A DNA stretch of 64,000 nt from Chloracidobacterium sp. (GCA_025362075.1 JANYIL010000258.1:547-64546), one strand, 5' to 3'; positions 53,643-63,675 are shown, counted from the stretch's first letter. Program-made: numbers and translations. Notes: a model not told the origin generated them from the letters alone.

Positions 53643-55508
53643 ATGAGATCTCGCGTTCTCGCCCTGTCCTTAATAGCTTTAGTGCAATTCTGCGCGCTCG
53701 CCGTTGCCCAAACCCAGCCGACCGACGCTGACGCCGAAAAAGAAAAAAAGAAAAAAGAGGAAAACGAACGCATTGTAAAAATGCTCGACCATATCATCGA
53801 CGACGGCTCGTCCTTACGCCTGGCAAACAACCGCGCCATCGTTTTCGCGGGCGCCGGTGACCTCTACTGGCAATTTGACGAAAAACAGGCCCGCAAACTC
53901 TTTCGCGACGCGGCGGGTGAGTTGCTCACCTACAACCAGGAAATCGAAAAAGAACGAAAGGAAAATCCCGATCCGTATGCGGATCTCTATACGGGCCAGA
54001 GCGATGTTCGCGGCGAGGTGCTGCCGCTTGTCGCCAAGCATGACGCCGAAATGGCTCTCGACATGCTCTTGCAGACGCGCCCCGCCAAGGTGACCGACGC
54101 AATGGCCCGTGTGGGCGCCGCCAAAGGAAAAGCGACGAACGACATGATGAGCTGGAACCCCGATCGGCAAAAGGCCGATCAGGAGATCGCCCTCGAGCAG
54201 CGTTTTGCATTGCTGGCGGCGGACGAAAACCCGGAAAAAGCGATCAAGCTAATCAAGGACAGCATGGCCAAAGGCATTTCGTACAACGTTATGCCGCTGC
54301 TCCAAAAACTCAATAAAAAAGACGAAAAGAAAGCGGGCGAATTGGCCGGAGATATTATTAAGAAGATCATCGACCTCGACCTCGCCAAAAATCAGGCCGA
54401 CATGGGCACCGCCCTTCGCTTTTTGCAGTACGCATTTAAGCCCGAGCTGCCGGACAATTCCACCGGCGTCAAGGACCCGAGAGAAAAGCTTTTCAAATTT
54501 TCCGACGATCAGGGCCGCGACCTCGGACGCCGGATAGCCGACGTGCTTTCCGAGCCGTCAAAATCGATGACAATCGCGATGGCCCTAAACCAGGCGATGC
54601 CAATGCTCGAAAAATTTGTCCCGGAAAAGATCCTTCTGCTCAAGCTACGCGAGGGCGAAAATCAAACCAACATGCCGCCCGAGGTCAAAAAAATGCAGGA
54701 GCGGCAAAAGGTCTGGGACAAAAACGCCACCGCCGACGAACTGCTTGCCTACGTTGCAAAAACGGATAACGAGTATGAAAAGGCGAACGCCTATTATTAC
54801 CTCTCCCGAAAGATAAATGAGATCGAGGATGACACCCGCGCGAAAAAGCTGATCGAGCAAATCCCAGACGAAAAGGCCCGGACGAACGCTCTCGAACAGT
54901 ACGAGGCGGCCCGCATAACCCGCACGGCGATTACCGGCAAGCTCGACGATGCCCGCAAGATGATTGGCGGCCTGACAAAAAAGAAGACGCAGATCCAGCG
55001 TCTGGTCGCTCTTGCACTTGAGTTTAAAAAGAAAGGAACTGAAAAGGACATCGCAAACGCGAAAGGCTTGATGAAAGACGCTAAAGCCCTCACCAACGAC
55101 CTCGCCGAAAGCGATGAGGACATCGCCGACGTAATGGAGGTCGTAAAGGGCTATGCAAAGGTCGACCCCGATGTTGCATTTCGGATTATTGAGCCGGTCA
55201 TCGATCAGATAAACGATTACGTTCAGGCAAGCTCCGTCACCGCGAGATACAACGTCAGGTCTGGCTCGTTCAAAAAGGGCGAGCTGATCCTGCAGGTAGC
55301 CGGCAATCAATGGGATATGCCCCTCTATCGATACATCCCTCAAATGCAGCTCCTCGGCAAGGCCGATCTCGACCGGATGAACACCCTCGCCGACCATTTT
55401 GCCCGAACCGACACGCGGCTGATCGTCAAGCTCTACGTTCTGCAAGGCTTTCTCAAGGACGACAAAAAGCCCGACGAACCGGAGCAGCAGTATTATGGGT
55501 ATTGGTGA
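53643..55508 (+). CDS. Secreted helical-repeat protein, paralogue A (function unknown)
   Basis: The start is moved to the signal peptide MRSRVLALSLIALVQFCALAVAQ. It aligns along its full length with 55726-57612. Confidence 0.7.
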   Translation: MRSRVLALSLIALVQFCALAVAQTQPTDADAEKEKKKKEENERIVKMLDHIIDDGSSLRLANNRAIVFAGAGDLYWQFDEKQARKLFRDAAGELLTYNQEIEKERKENPDPYADLYTGQSDVRGEVLPLVAKHDAEMALDMLLQTRPAKVTDAMARVGAAKGKATNDMMSWNPDRQKADQEIALEQRFALLAADENPEKAIKLIKDSMAKGISYNVMPLLQKLNKKDEKKAGELAGDIIKKIIDLDLAKNQADMGTALRFLQYAFKPELPDNSTGVKDPREKLFKFSDDQGRDLGRRIADVLSEPSKSMTIAMALNQAMPMLEKFVPEKILLLKLREGENQTNMPPEVKKMQERQKVWDKNATADELLAYVAKTDNEYEKANAYYYLSRKINEIEDDTRAKKLIEQIPDEKARTNALEQYEAARITRTAITGKLDDARKMIGGLTKKKTQIQRLVALALEFKKKGTEKDIANAKGLMKDAKALTNDLAESDEDIADVMEVVKGYAKVDPDVAFRIIEPVIDQINDYVQASSVTARYNVRSGSFKKGELILQVAGNQWDMPLYRYIPQMQLLGKADLDRMNTLADHFARTDTRLIVKLYVLQGFLKDDKKPDEPEQQYYGYW

Positions 55509-55515
55509 ATGGGAA

Positions 55516-55662
55516 GGCGACTGGAGTGGCAAGCATCCTGCTTGCCATCGGTCGATAGACCGACTATGCGCTGGGTTTCTCCATCCCTCGTGAAAATGTG
55601 AACTTTTTACGCCTTCGGAAGCCCTCGGCGTGGCAAGCAGGATGCTCGCCGCTCCAGTCGTT
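55516..55662. repeat. MITE-like element with ~31-bp terminal inverted repeats
   Basis: The left arm is ggcgactggagtggcaagcatcctgcttgcca. The right arm is tggcaagcaggatgctcgccgctccagtcgtt. Each arm also folds into its own hairpin. Confidence 0.65.
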
Positions 55663-55725
55663 CCAAAACCTGTGATATAATTCACATCGCCTAAAATCGA
55701 TTATTTTTCTAAGGAGTACCCCGCG

Positions 55726-57612
55726 ATGCGGCTGCGAAGGCTTGTCTTTTTAACGTCAACATTGTTACTTTTGTGCGCCTTTGCGGCGGCGCAGACGCTA
55801 GGGGGCGAGTCGGCGGACGATAAGGCCAGGAAAAAGAAGGCGATGGACGAGCTGGTCGTGCAGATGCTCGACGGGGCTGTCAATGACGCTGGCGGGCTGC
55901 GGCTGCCGGGGAACCGCGCCGTGATCGACGCGATGGCGGCCGATCTTTACTGGAAATTTGACGAAAAACGCGCCCGCGAACTTTTCCACAACGCCGCCAG
56001 CGAGATCGTTAACTACAATACCGAAACCGAAAAGGAACGTGCAGAGAGCACCACGCCCGATTACAATGTTTTCGATCAAGACGACCCTCGCAACGAAATT
56101 TTACAGTTGATTGCGAAGCACGACGCCGGCCTCGCTCTTGAGGTTCTTCTCCAGACACGTTCGGCCAGACTGGCTGATTCGATGGCAAGAGCTGCTGCTG
56201 CCGGCGGCGTTGTCGAGGTTTCCAATTCAACCAGCTCCATTGACAATGCCCGGAGCATGCAGGAAACGCAGCTTGAAGAAAATTTCTCCCAGCGAGCCGC
56301 CGCGAACGACCCGGATAAAATCATTAAGATTATCAAGGACAGCATGGCAAAGGGCGTGACAACCGGCCTGATACAGATGCTGCAAAACCTGAATCAGAAA
56401 GACGCAAAAAAAGCCGCCGACCTAGGGTCAGATGTGATCGCGAAACTATCGGACGCGGATATGGTCAAGAATCAGAACGACATGCGGACCGCTCTCAGCT
56501 ATCTGCAATACGCCGCTCGGCCGGTCGCTCCGCCGGGGTCACCAGGCGCGGCCTATAAGACGTTTGCCTTTGCCGATGCTCAGGTGAAAAATCTTGCGGG
56601 TAAGATGGTCGACGCTTTGCTAGTGCCGTCAAAGTCGATGATGGCAATGACGATGATCACGCAGGCTATACCGACGCTCGAAAAATTTGTCCCCGAGCGC
56701 GTGCCCGCGCTCAAGGCCCGCGACGCCGAGAACAAGAAAAGTCTGCCGACCGAGATGAAAGCTGGCGTCAACCAGGCCACCTTGGGGAATGCCACCACGA
56801 CCCCCGAGGACATTTTGGCCCAGCTGCCCAAGATCGCCAACGAAAACGACAAGCGCAACGCCCTTTCGATACTGGCCAGCAAGATCGGCCAGATCCCCGA
56901 TGAGGCCCGGGCCAAAAAACTGATCGACCAGATACCGGACGATAAAATACGGACCCAGGCGCAGGAGCAGTTTGACGCAAACCGGGCGGGACGTGCGATC
57001 TCCGCCGGCAAGGTGGACGAAGCCCGCCGGCTGATCGGCCAGATGACCAACCGCCGCCAGGAGATACCGCTACTTGTCGGCCTCGCCACCCAGATGCAGC
57101 GCAAGGGCACCGAAAAGGACATTGCGACAGCCAAAGAGATGATGTCGGACGCCAAGCGTTTGGTAAAAGATTTCCCCGACGACGAAGACGACATGGCCGA
57201 CCTCATGACGGTAGTTAGGGGATATGGAGCGGTCGATCCGGACACCGCCTTTCGCCTCTTTGAACCGCTGGTCGAGGAATTTAACAGCACGATCCAGGCC
57301 GCCGCCGTCCTCAGCAAATACAACAAACGCGATCGCACATTCAAACGCGGCGAACTCGTCCTGCGGGCCGGTAATGGCGGATTTAACCCCGCTAACGTCA
57401 TGCTTTTCAGATACACGCAGCAGTTACAGGCACTCGGCAAGGCCGATCTCGAACACATGAGCCAGATCGCCGACCGCTTCACCCGCAGCGATGTGCGCAC
57501 CATCGTCCGGCTATTTGTCCTGCAGGGCTACATGACCCCGGATCCGAAACCGGCTCCGCCGCCACCCCCGGCAGGCATCCCCGGATTGGGCAGCGGAACC
57601 GTCAGACCGTAA
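55726..57612 (+). CDS. Secreted helical-repeat protein, paralogue B (function unknown)
   Basis: Signal peptide MRLRRLVFLTSTLLLLCAFAAAQ. Colinear similarity to paralogue A, for example DLYWKFDEKRARELF / DLYWQFDEKQARKLF. Confidence 0.7.
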   Translation: MRLRRLVFLTSTLLLLCAFAAAQTLGGESADDKARKKKAMDELVVQMLDGAVNDAGGLRLPGNRAVIDAMAADLYWKFDEKRARELFHNAASEIVNYNTETEKERAESTTPDYNVFDQDDPRNEILQLIAKHDAGLALEVLLQTRSARLADSMARAAAAGGVVEVSNSTSSIDNARSMQETQLEENFSQRAAANDPDKIIKIIKDSMAKGVTTGLIQMLQNLNQKDAKKAADLGSDVIAKLSDADMVKNQNDMRTALSYLQYAARPVAPPGSPGAAYKTFAFADAQVKNLAGKMVDALLVPSKSMMAMTMITQAIPTLEKFVPERVPALKARDAENKKSLPTEMKAGVNQATLGNATTTPEDILAQLPKIANENDKRNALSILASKIGQIPDEARAKKLIDQIPDDKIRTQAQEQFDANRAGRAISAGKVDEARRLIGQMTNRRQEIPLLVGLATQMQRKGTEKDIATAKEMMSDAKRLVKDFPDDEDDMADLMTVVRGYGAVDPDTAFRLFEPLVEEFNSTIQAAAVLSKYNKRDRTFKRGELVLRAGNGGFNPANVMLFRYTQQLQALGKADLEHMSQIADRFTRSDVRTIVRLFVLQGYMTPDPKPAPPPPPAGIPGLGSGTVRP

Positions 57613-57629
57613 GAATTGAGGTCAAACGC

Positions 57630-57822
57630 GTAGTCCCTGAAAGGGACTACTGCAATAGCGTCGGGAGTATCCCGACGACCAGTTGCCCAAACCAATTTTT
57701 GTCCCTGAAAGGGACAAATGGGTGCATCGGTAGAAATTCGTCCCCTTCAGGGACGGGCGGGCAGCTGAACCGAAGCTCGTCGGGATGCTCCCGACGCTAT
57801 TATATTTGTCCCTTTCAGGGAC
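57630..57822. repeat. Hairpin-array / MITE-like element (six short palindromes arranged as a larger inverted repeat)
   Basis: GTCCCTGAAAGGGAC occurs twice, with GTCCCTTTCAGGGAC, CGTCCCCTTCAGGGACG, CGTCGGGAGTATCCCGACG and CGTCGGGATGCTCCCGACG. The outer ~45 nt arms are mutually reverse-complementary. Confidence 0.75.
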
Positions 57823-57841
57823 TTCCGAGCGAAAAAATATT

Positions 57842-58576
57842 ATGGCAATGAACGACCCCTATGACTGGCGTGTCTCCGACCGCAGGCTGTTTGCGGCGAT
57901 CGCGATACTTTTTCCGACGATCATATTGATCGGTTTTGCGCGGACGTATTATCTCAAGTTCGCATTCGACAACCCGCCGTTGCCGGGCCTGCTCGTACAT
58001 GTTCATGGACTGTTGATGACGACGTGGATCGCCTTTTTCATCACGCAGGTCTGGCTGATCCGCTCGAAACGGCCAAAGGTTCACATGAATCTCGGTGTGC
58101 TTGGCATTGCGCTAGCCATAGCAATTATCGCCGCCGGATTTTTTACGGCTGTTTCGGCCGCTAAATACGGTTCGGCCTCGACGCCGCCAAACATTCCGCC
58201 GCTTGCGTTTCTGGTCGTGCCGCTCTTTGACTTGCTTGTATTTGCGGGACTTTTTGGGGCCGCGATCTACTATCGAAAACGCCTCGCCGATCACAAACGC
58301 TTGATGCTGCTGACGGCGCTAAATTTCCTCCCGCCGGGGCTGGGCCGCTTTCCTTTTGCCTCGCTGCAGACGCTGGGGCCTCTCTTCTTTTTCGGCGTCC
58401 CGACCGTGCTCGCCATCAGCATCCTGATCTACGACACGTGGCGTAACCGCAAGCTCAACGTCGTCTTCCTCATTGGGGCCCTGTTCATGATCGCGTCGTT
58501 TCCGTTGCGAATTATGATCTCTGGAACCGACGTGTGGATGCGATTTGCGACATGGCTGACGACCTGGCCGGTCTAA
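57842..58576 (+). CDS. Polytopic membrane protein, unknown function
   Basis: The start is moved to the ATG outside the hairpin array (MAMNDPYDW). About 6-7 TM helices. Confidence 0.6.
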   Translation: MAMNDPYDWRVSDRRLFAAIAILFPTIILIGFARTYYLKFAFDNPPLPGLLVHVHGLLMTTWIAFFITQVWLIRSKRPKVHMNLGVLGIALAIAIIAAGFFTAVSAAKYGSASTPPNIPPLAFLVVPLFDLLVFAGLFGAAIYYRKRLADHKRLMLLTALNFLPPGLGRFPFASLQTLGPLFFFGVPTVLAISILIYDTWRNRKLNVVFLIGALFMIASFPLRIMISGTDVWMRFATWLTTWPV

Positions 58577-58586
58577 CAATAGGAGT

Positions 58587-59582
58587 ATGAAATATCTAAA
58601 GTTAATTTCAGCGGTTTTGTTTGCTTTAACTATTTTTGTATCTGCCGCGATCGCCCAGACATTCGACAAAGACGAGCCGATCAAGATTAATACGGTGCTG
58701 GTGAATATTCCCGTCATCGCCAGCGACCGACAGGGGCGATACGTCGCGGGTTTGAAAAAAGAAAATTTTACGCTCACGCAGGACGGCGAGCGGCAGGAGA
58801 TCGAGTTTTTTGCCGACGAAAAGGCTCCGATGAACGTCGTTATCCTGATCGATGTCAGCGGCAGCACGGTACCGTTTTTGGGCGACATCAAGAGCGCGGC
58901 CCGCGATTTTGTCAAGATCTTTCGCCCCGAAGACCAGGGGATGATCGTCACGTTTGACGGGGCAATGAAGACGCTGCAGGAATTTACCTCCGATCAGAAA
59001 AAGCTTAGCAAAGCGATCAACAATGCCAGTCTTTACGGAGTTCCGGGGTCGAATATGCAGGATGCGATGTACGAGATCGCGACCCGCGGCTTTGCCGGAG
59101 TTCAGGGCAGAAAGGCGATCATAGTGCTGACAGATGGGTTTGTACGGGGCAGGATCGTCTCCGACAAGGCTCTGCTCGACACGCTTTCGGCGTCGGACAT
59201 CCTCGTCTACCCGATCCTGTTTGGCAAACGCGAGATAAGGATTGACGTCGACAGGCTGCCTAAAATGGTCAGAACCCACGATGGATTGGAAATTACCCGC
59301 GAGGAAGCCGTCAAACGAATTATTGAGGATGCCAACGCCCAATTGCGTTATATGTACGCACTCGGAATCGTGACCGGCGGCAAACTGATCGAAAGCAAAT
59401 CGCACGATTTCAAAGCGTCCTTTCAAAACATCGCCGACGAACTAAAAAACCAATACCTCATCGGCTTTTACCCCCAGCTCACGGGCAGTGGAAAGATCCC
59501 GAGTATCGCGCTCAAAGTAGATCAAACCGATGTCGTGCTCCGCAGCAAGAGGAGCATTAAGTTAAAGTCCTCCAGCAATTGA
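58587..59582 (+). CDS. Secreted von Willebrand factor A (VWFA)-domain protein
   Basis: Signal peptide. The MIDAS-like motif is VVILIDVSGST. The layout resembles the VWFA-related proteins I recall as common in Acidobacteria. Confidence 0.75.
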   Translation: MKYLKLISAVLFALTIFVSAAIAQTFDKDEPIKINTVLVNIPVIASDRQGRYVAGLKKENFTLTQDGERQEIEFFADEKAPMNVVILIDVSGSTVPFLGDIKSAARDFVKIFRPEDQGMIVTFDGAMKTLQEFTSDQKKLSKAINNASLYGVPGSNMQDAMYEIATRGFAGVQGRKAIIVLTDGFVRGRIVSDKALLDTLSASDILVYPILFGKREIRIDVDRLPKMVRTHDGLEITREEAVKRIIEDANAQLRYMYALGIVTGGKLIESKSHDFKASFQNIADELKNQYLIGFYPQLTGSGKIPSIALKVDQTDVVLRSKRSIKLKSSSN

Positions 59583-59591
59583 GTCGCGAAC

Positions 59592-60842
59592 CTATTCCAA
59601 GCCGATAAAATCGATATTCGAGAGGCTGTTGTCGACCTGCAAGGTGCGAGATGCATATCGATAGCGCCGCGACGAGACCGCGAGCGTGTACGACGATCCG
59701 GTCTGGACATTATCGAACGAATAGAATCCAAATGAGCCTGTGGTGGTTGTTCGCACGACGCCCTGGGTGTCGGTGAGTGTGACAGCGGCGTTTCGCAAGC
59801 CGTTCCCGTCGGGCGTCATTACTCTGCCGGATACCGAGACAAGCGTCTGTGCCGGATCGTTGAGATATCGGGCCATCGAGATAAACGCGACGTTTTCGCT
59901 TCGCGTAACACCGACGGCGAGAACCTTTCCATCCGGCTGGGTGACCATGCCGAGGATCGAGGTTATCCTTGACGGCTCGCCGATTGGCGTGGTGGTAACG
60001 CCCCTTGCGCCAAAAGACGGGTCAATCGATCCATTTTCGTTAAGCCTTGTAATAGAGAACTTGGAATCGGTCACTCCCCCAAGCAAAATGGCTCCGCCGG
60101 ACAGAACATTAAGTGCCGCCGCCGCGCCGCGAAAATCGGCTGGCCTCGATTCAATGACCAGTTTTCCATTTTTGCCAAAAGTCGGATCGATCGTTCCGTT
60201 GCTATTCAGCCGCGACACGCCCGTGGAGGACGGGCCGAAACCCCAGCCGATCGTGGCACCGCTTACCACAAACTGTCCGTTCGGCAGCATCGACAAGCCG
60301 AACGAAATAGTATCGCCGTAGAATATGCTCGAATCGACGTTAACTGTCGCATAGCCGCCGATTCCGAAACCACCGTCTATCGTCCCGTCGGCGTTTTGCC
60401 GGGCGACAAAATAACTGTCCGACCAATCGCCATTGAGACCATAGACGATCTTGCCGTCGGGCTGGATCAGGATATCGCCAAAGCCATCGGTTATCAGATC
60501 ACTATTGGTTATCAGGTAAGCGAAATCGACGCCCCACCCGTAAGCGACTCCGCCTGAGCCAAATGAGCTGTCCGGTATCCCATTCGAATTCATTCTCGCT
60601 ATCAGCGTTGGCGATTTTGTCGCAGCCAGCACGACGATCTTCCCGTCCGGCCCGCTCTGAATACGTCGCCCTTCGGCGCGACCGTCCGTGCTCGAAAAAG
60701 ATGTGCTCCCGTTGGTACCAAAAGTAGAATCAGCTTGGCCATTTGCTGTGTAACCCCGCACCATTATGATCGACCCGCCAGCGGCATATTGCGTCACGAC
60801 AACTATGATCCGGCCATCCGGCAGCAAGGTAAAATCGCGCAT
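59592..60842 (-). CDS. Delta-60-repeat beta-propeller-like protein with conserved GLE C-terminal domain; 5'-truncated (no signal peptide)
   Basis: Repeats of the NG(T/S)(I/L)D..FG..G type occur at least five times. The C-terminal domain reads VSGRVMTPDGNGLRNAAVTL...IDFIGLE. The ORF's upstream part overlaps an opposite-strand TPR fragment, so the start is uncertain. Confidence 0.6.
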   Translation of the reverse strand: MRDFTLLPDGRIIVVVTQYAAGGSIIMVRGYTANGQADSTFGTNGSTSFSSTDGRAEGRRIQSGPDGKIVVLAATKSPTLIARMNSNGIPDSSFGSGGVAYGWGVDFAYLITNSDLITDGFGDILIQPDGKIVYGLNGDWSDSYFVARQNADGTIDGGFGIGGYATVNVDSSIFYGDTISFGLSMLPNGQFVVSGATIGWGFGPSSTGVSRLNSNGTIDPTFGKNGKLVIESRPADFRGAAAALNVLSGGAILLGGVTDSKFSITRLNENGSIDPSFGARGVTTTPIGEPSRITSILGMVTQPDGKVLAVGVTRSENVAFISMARYLNDPAQTLVSVSGRVMTPDGNGLRNAAVTLTDTQGVVRTTTTGSFGFYSFDNVQTGSSYTLAVSSRRYRYASRTLQVDNSLSNIDFIGLE

Positions 60843-60845
60843 AAA

Positions 60846-61580
60846 CCCGCTGGATATGCTTCCGAACGAACCACCGCGCTCGAATTGGACGTTGCCAGCT
60901 CGTACGCCCACACGCTTCTGTGCCGTATCAAGGCGACGTACGACTGGGATTTCCCCGGTGCCGGAAAGGAATGCGCCCGGGCGATCGAGCTCGATCCCGG
61001 CAGCCACGAGGCTCACAAGGAAATGGCCTTTTACCTCAATTCGATGGGCCGCGAAGGTGAGGCCCTGCGCGAAATGGACGCGGCGGTCGCCCTCGCTCCA
61101 ACCTCATTCAACAAACGCTCGCGCGGCGTGATCCTGTATTATTCCCGCCGCTATGATGAGGCGATCGAGCAGTTCAAAAACGTCAAGGAGACCGATCGAG
61201 GGTTTAGCGAGGTACGAAACTGGCTAATGAGTTGTTATGAGCTGAAAAAAGACTACCAACATGCTTTCGACGCCCGAATTCGTCAGTTGGAAGAGAGCGG
61301 AGCGCCGCCGGAGGAGATCGAGGCGACGAAATCGGCATTTAACAAGGACGGCTGGCCCGGCGTATTAAGGCGCATCGTCGAACCCAACCCGCCGGACGGT
61401 CCCAGGGGCGCTATGGTTTATTCGCAGCTCGGAGAAACGGACAAGGCATTTGAAGTACTTGATAAGGTCTTCGAGCGGCACGGGATCATGCTCATTCAGA
61501 CGACTCGCGAACCCCTGTATGACCCGATACGAAACGATCCGCGATTCGACGCCCTGCTCAAACGCATCGGGCTGAAATGA
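60846..61580 (+). pseudogene. C-terminal TPR-tail fragment of a larger regulator/kinase-type protein (5'-truncated)
   Basis: ...YDWDFPGAGKECARAIELDPGSHEAH...RRYDEAIEQF...LYDPIRNDPRFDALLKRIGLK is a typical C-terminal TPR tail. No N-terminal domain and no plausible start are present. Confidence 0.55.
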
Positions 61581-61581
61581 T

Positions 61582-63675
61582 CTATTCCAACCCGACAAAA
61601 TCGATATTCGCGAGATCGCCGGATGGCTGCACCGTTTGCGATTGGTAGCGAAACCGGCGAGATGAGACGCGGATGGTGTAGGCCGCGCCGGGAGTGACAT
61701 TATCAAACGCGTAAAACCCGAACGAGCTGGTTGTTGCGGTTCGCACGACGCCCAGGCTGTCGGTCAGCGTGACGCCCGCGTTTCTGAGGCCCGTCGCGCC
61801 GTCCGAAGTGAAGATTCGTCCCGATATCGAAACCGGCTGGCTCACCTGAAAATAGGTGCGAAACGTGTTCGCCGTGCCGTAACCGGCGATATTGTGCGAA
61901 CTCATATTCCAGCGGTATTGGGCGTTTGTTTGCAGAATGCCTGCGGGCAGCGGAAAGCTCGTGCCTTGGATCGGCTGGCCGAGGGCGGTTTCGGAATTGA
62001 AGACCAGATCGTAAGTCGAGCCGTTAAATTTGCTGATATATAGCCCGTAGCCGTCCGATCCGGCGACCGGCTGCCAGTCGAAAACGGGCGTCAGCGTCGT
62101 CACGGTTGAACCCGGAGCGGCATTGTCAACTCCCGGACCATTCAACGTCGGCGGCGGCAGGACGGAGTTGGAACCGCTCTGCAAAACACCGACCCGAAGC
62201 TGAGTTCCCGCACCGTTGTTGTTGTAATAATGGTTGACGATCCAGACATAATCCTTGCCCTGATTGATCGACCAACGCTGCGTTCCCCACTGGCACATCC
62301 CGCGTCCGTGGCCGTTAAACGTCTGTCCCGCATCGACCATGTCGCTCATGCAGGGCCACGTGCCGTTGTTGCCGGTCATGCCGTCGGGACACAGGTTGGC
62401 ATTATTCTCGGCGGCGTATTCGGCAAAAAATGGATTGTTCCCGGCGGCGTCCGTGACGATCGAACCCGTCGTCTGGGCCGTCGCGAGGTCAACGCTCGCG
62501 GCCGAATCGTTAGGGTCGATCACCTGACACGAGGTCGTACTGCAAATGTCGTACGTGGCCGTTTTTGGATGAAACACGTGATAAACGCCATAGCTGCGAA
62601 ACGCGATCGCCCCCGCCTTTAGCGAGTTGGTGTTCCACGACGAGATCCATTCGTCATCAAGCCCGAGCCTGACATAGGTGTCGAGAGCGTAAACCTGAAC
62701 CGTCGAGCACGTCGTGCTGGTCGGACAGGTAAATCCGACGCGGATGCTGGTCGGGACGGTCACCGCCCCCAGCCCAAACGGAGCGTTGACCGTCGCGGCG
62801 GCCAAGTCAGAACCGCCTGCGTAAGTGGGCGGCCAGGTCGCTGATACTGCGTCACGCTGATCGATAGCAACGTCGTTGCCACTAAATTGAACTTCGGGTG
62901 CAAGACTGGCCGCCCGCTCACGCAGGCGGTTCTGACTCGCGGCCAACATCTTGTGTGTCCCATCGACAGTCCTTGCCGTCTCTCGATCGACATCGATAAT
63001 AAAATGGGTCGCCCCCTCGGCAACAAATGTGTTCGTCCGTCGATAGACGACCTTGCCGCCCGATTCGACCACGAGATCGTCACTGCCCGGCAGATCTCCG
63101 GCCGGATCAATCGGCGGCGTCGGTACATTCATCTGAAAATATCCGCGAGCGTCGGAAACTGTCTCGGTCCTGGCGTTCGCAAGATAAACCCGCGCACCCG
63201 CAAGCGGCTTACCGTTCTTATCGTCAATAATATGCCCATGAACAAACGTCGTCCCGGCCCGCAAACGCGACGCGATCGCTTCACGCCGCATCTCGCCGGG
63301 AATAACAACGGGATCGAGCCAAACGGTCACATCGAGCATAGGCTGCCCACCCTCGAAATACGTGTCCAGAGCGTTGTAACCGGGAGCAGAGACATGAAGA
63401 TCGTTCCGCCCGCCCACCAGCCGAAAACCGCCGCGTCCCGCATCGTCAGTCGCAAATGTGTCAGTCGAATCATTACCGGCAACGGCAACAGTTCCCGAAA
63501 TTCGATTTCCAGTAACGCTGTCGCGGAGCGTGATTTGCAGGTTTGTGGTTGATGCAGCAGAACTCCCGATCCAGGAGCCGCCATAAGGGAAGACCTTACT
63601 TGCGGACACGACGAGCAAAAAAATAAATAATGATCGGCAGACTGCGGCGGAAAGACCTTTCAGTATCATTCTCAT
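61582..63675 (-). CDS. Secreted multidomain protein: CarboxypepD_reg-like repeats + SpoIID/LytB-like domain + FN3-like + conserved GLE C-terminal domain
   Basis: Signal peptide. SpoIID-like block YVRLGLDDEWISSWNTNSLKAGAIAFRSYGV...YDICSTTSCQV. C-terminal domain ISGRIFTSDGATGLRNAGVTL...IDFVGLE. Confidence 0.65.
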   Translation of the reverse strand: MRMILKGLSAAVCRSLFIFLLVVSASKVFPYGGSWIGSSAASTTNLQITLRDSVTGNRISGTVAVAGNDSTDTFATDDAGRGGFRLVGGRNDLHVSAPGYNALDTYFEGGQPMLDVTVWLDPVVIPGEMRREAIASRLRAGTTFVHGHIIDDKNGKPLAGARVYLANARTETVSDARGYFQMNVPTPPIDPAGDLPGSDDLVVESGGKVVYRRTNTFVAEGATHFIIDVDRETARTVDGTHKMLAASQNRLRERAASLAPEVQFSGNDVAIDQRDAVSATWPPTYAGGSDLAAATVNAPFGLGAVTVPTSIRVGFTCPTSTTCSTVQVYALDTYVRLGLDDEWISSWNTNSLKAGAIAFRSYGVYHVFHPKTATYDICSTTSCQVIDPNDSAASVDLATAQTTGSIVTDAAGNNPFFAEYAAENNANLCPDGMTGNNGTWPCMSDMVDAGQTFNGHGRGMCQWGTQRWSINQGKDYVWIVNHYYNNNGAGTQLRVGVLQSGSNSVLPPPTLNGPGVDNAAPGSTVTTLTPVFDWQPVAGSDGYGLYISKFNGSTYDLVFNSETALGQPIQGTSFPLPAGILQTNAQYRWNMSSHNIAGYGTANTFRTYFQVSQPVSISGRIFTSDGATGLRNAGVTLTDSLGVVRTATTSSFGFYAFDNVTPGAAYTIRVSSRRFRYQSQTVQPSGDLANIDFVGLE

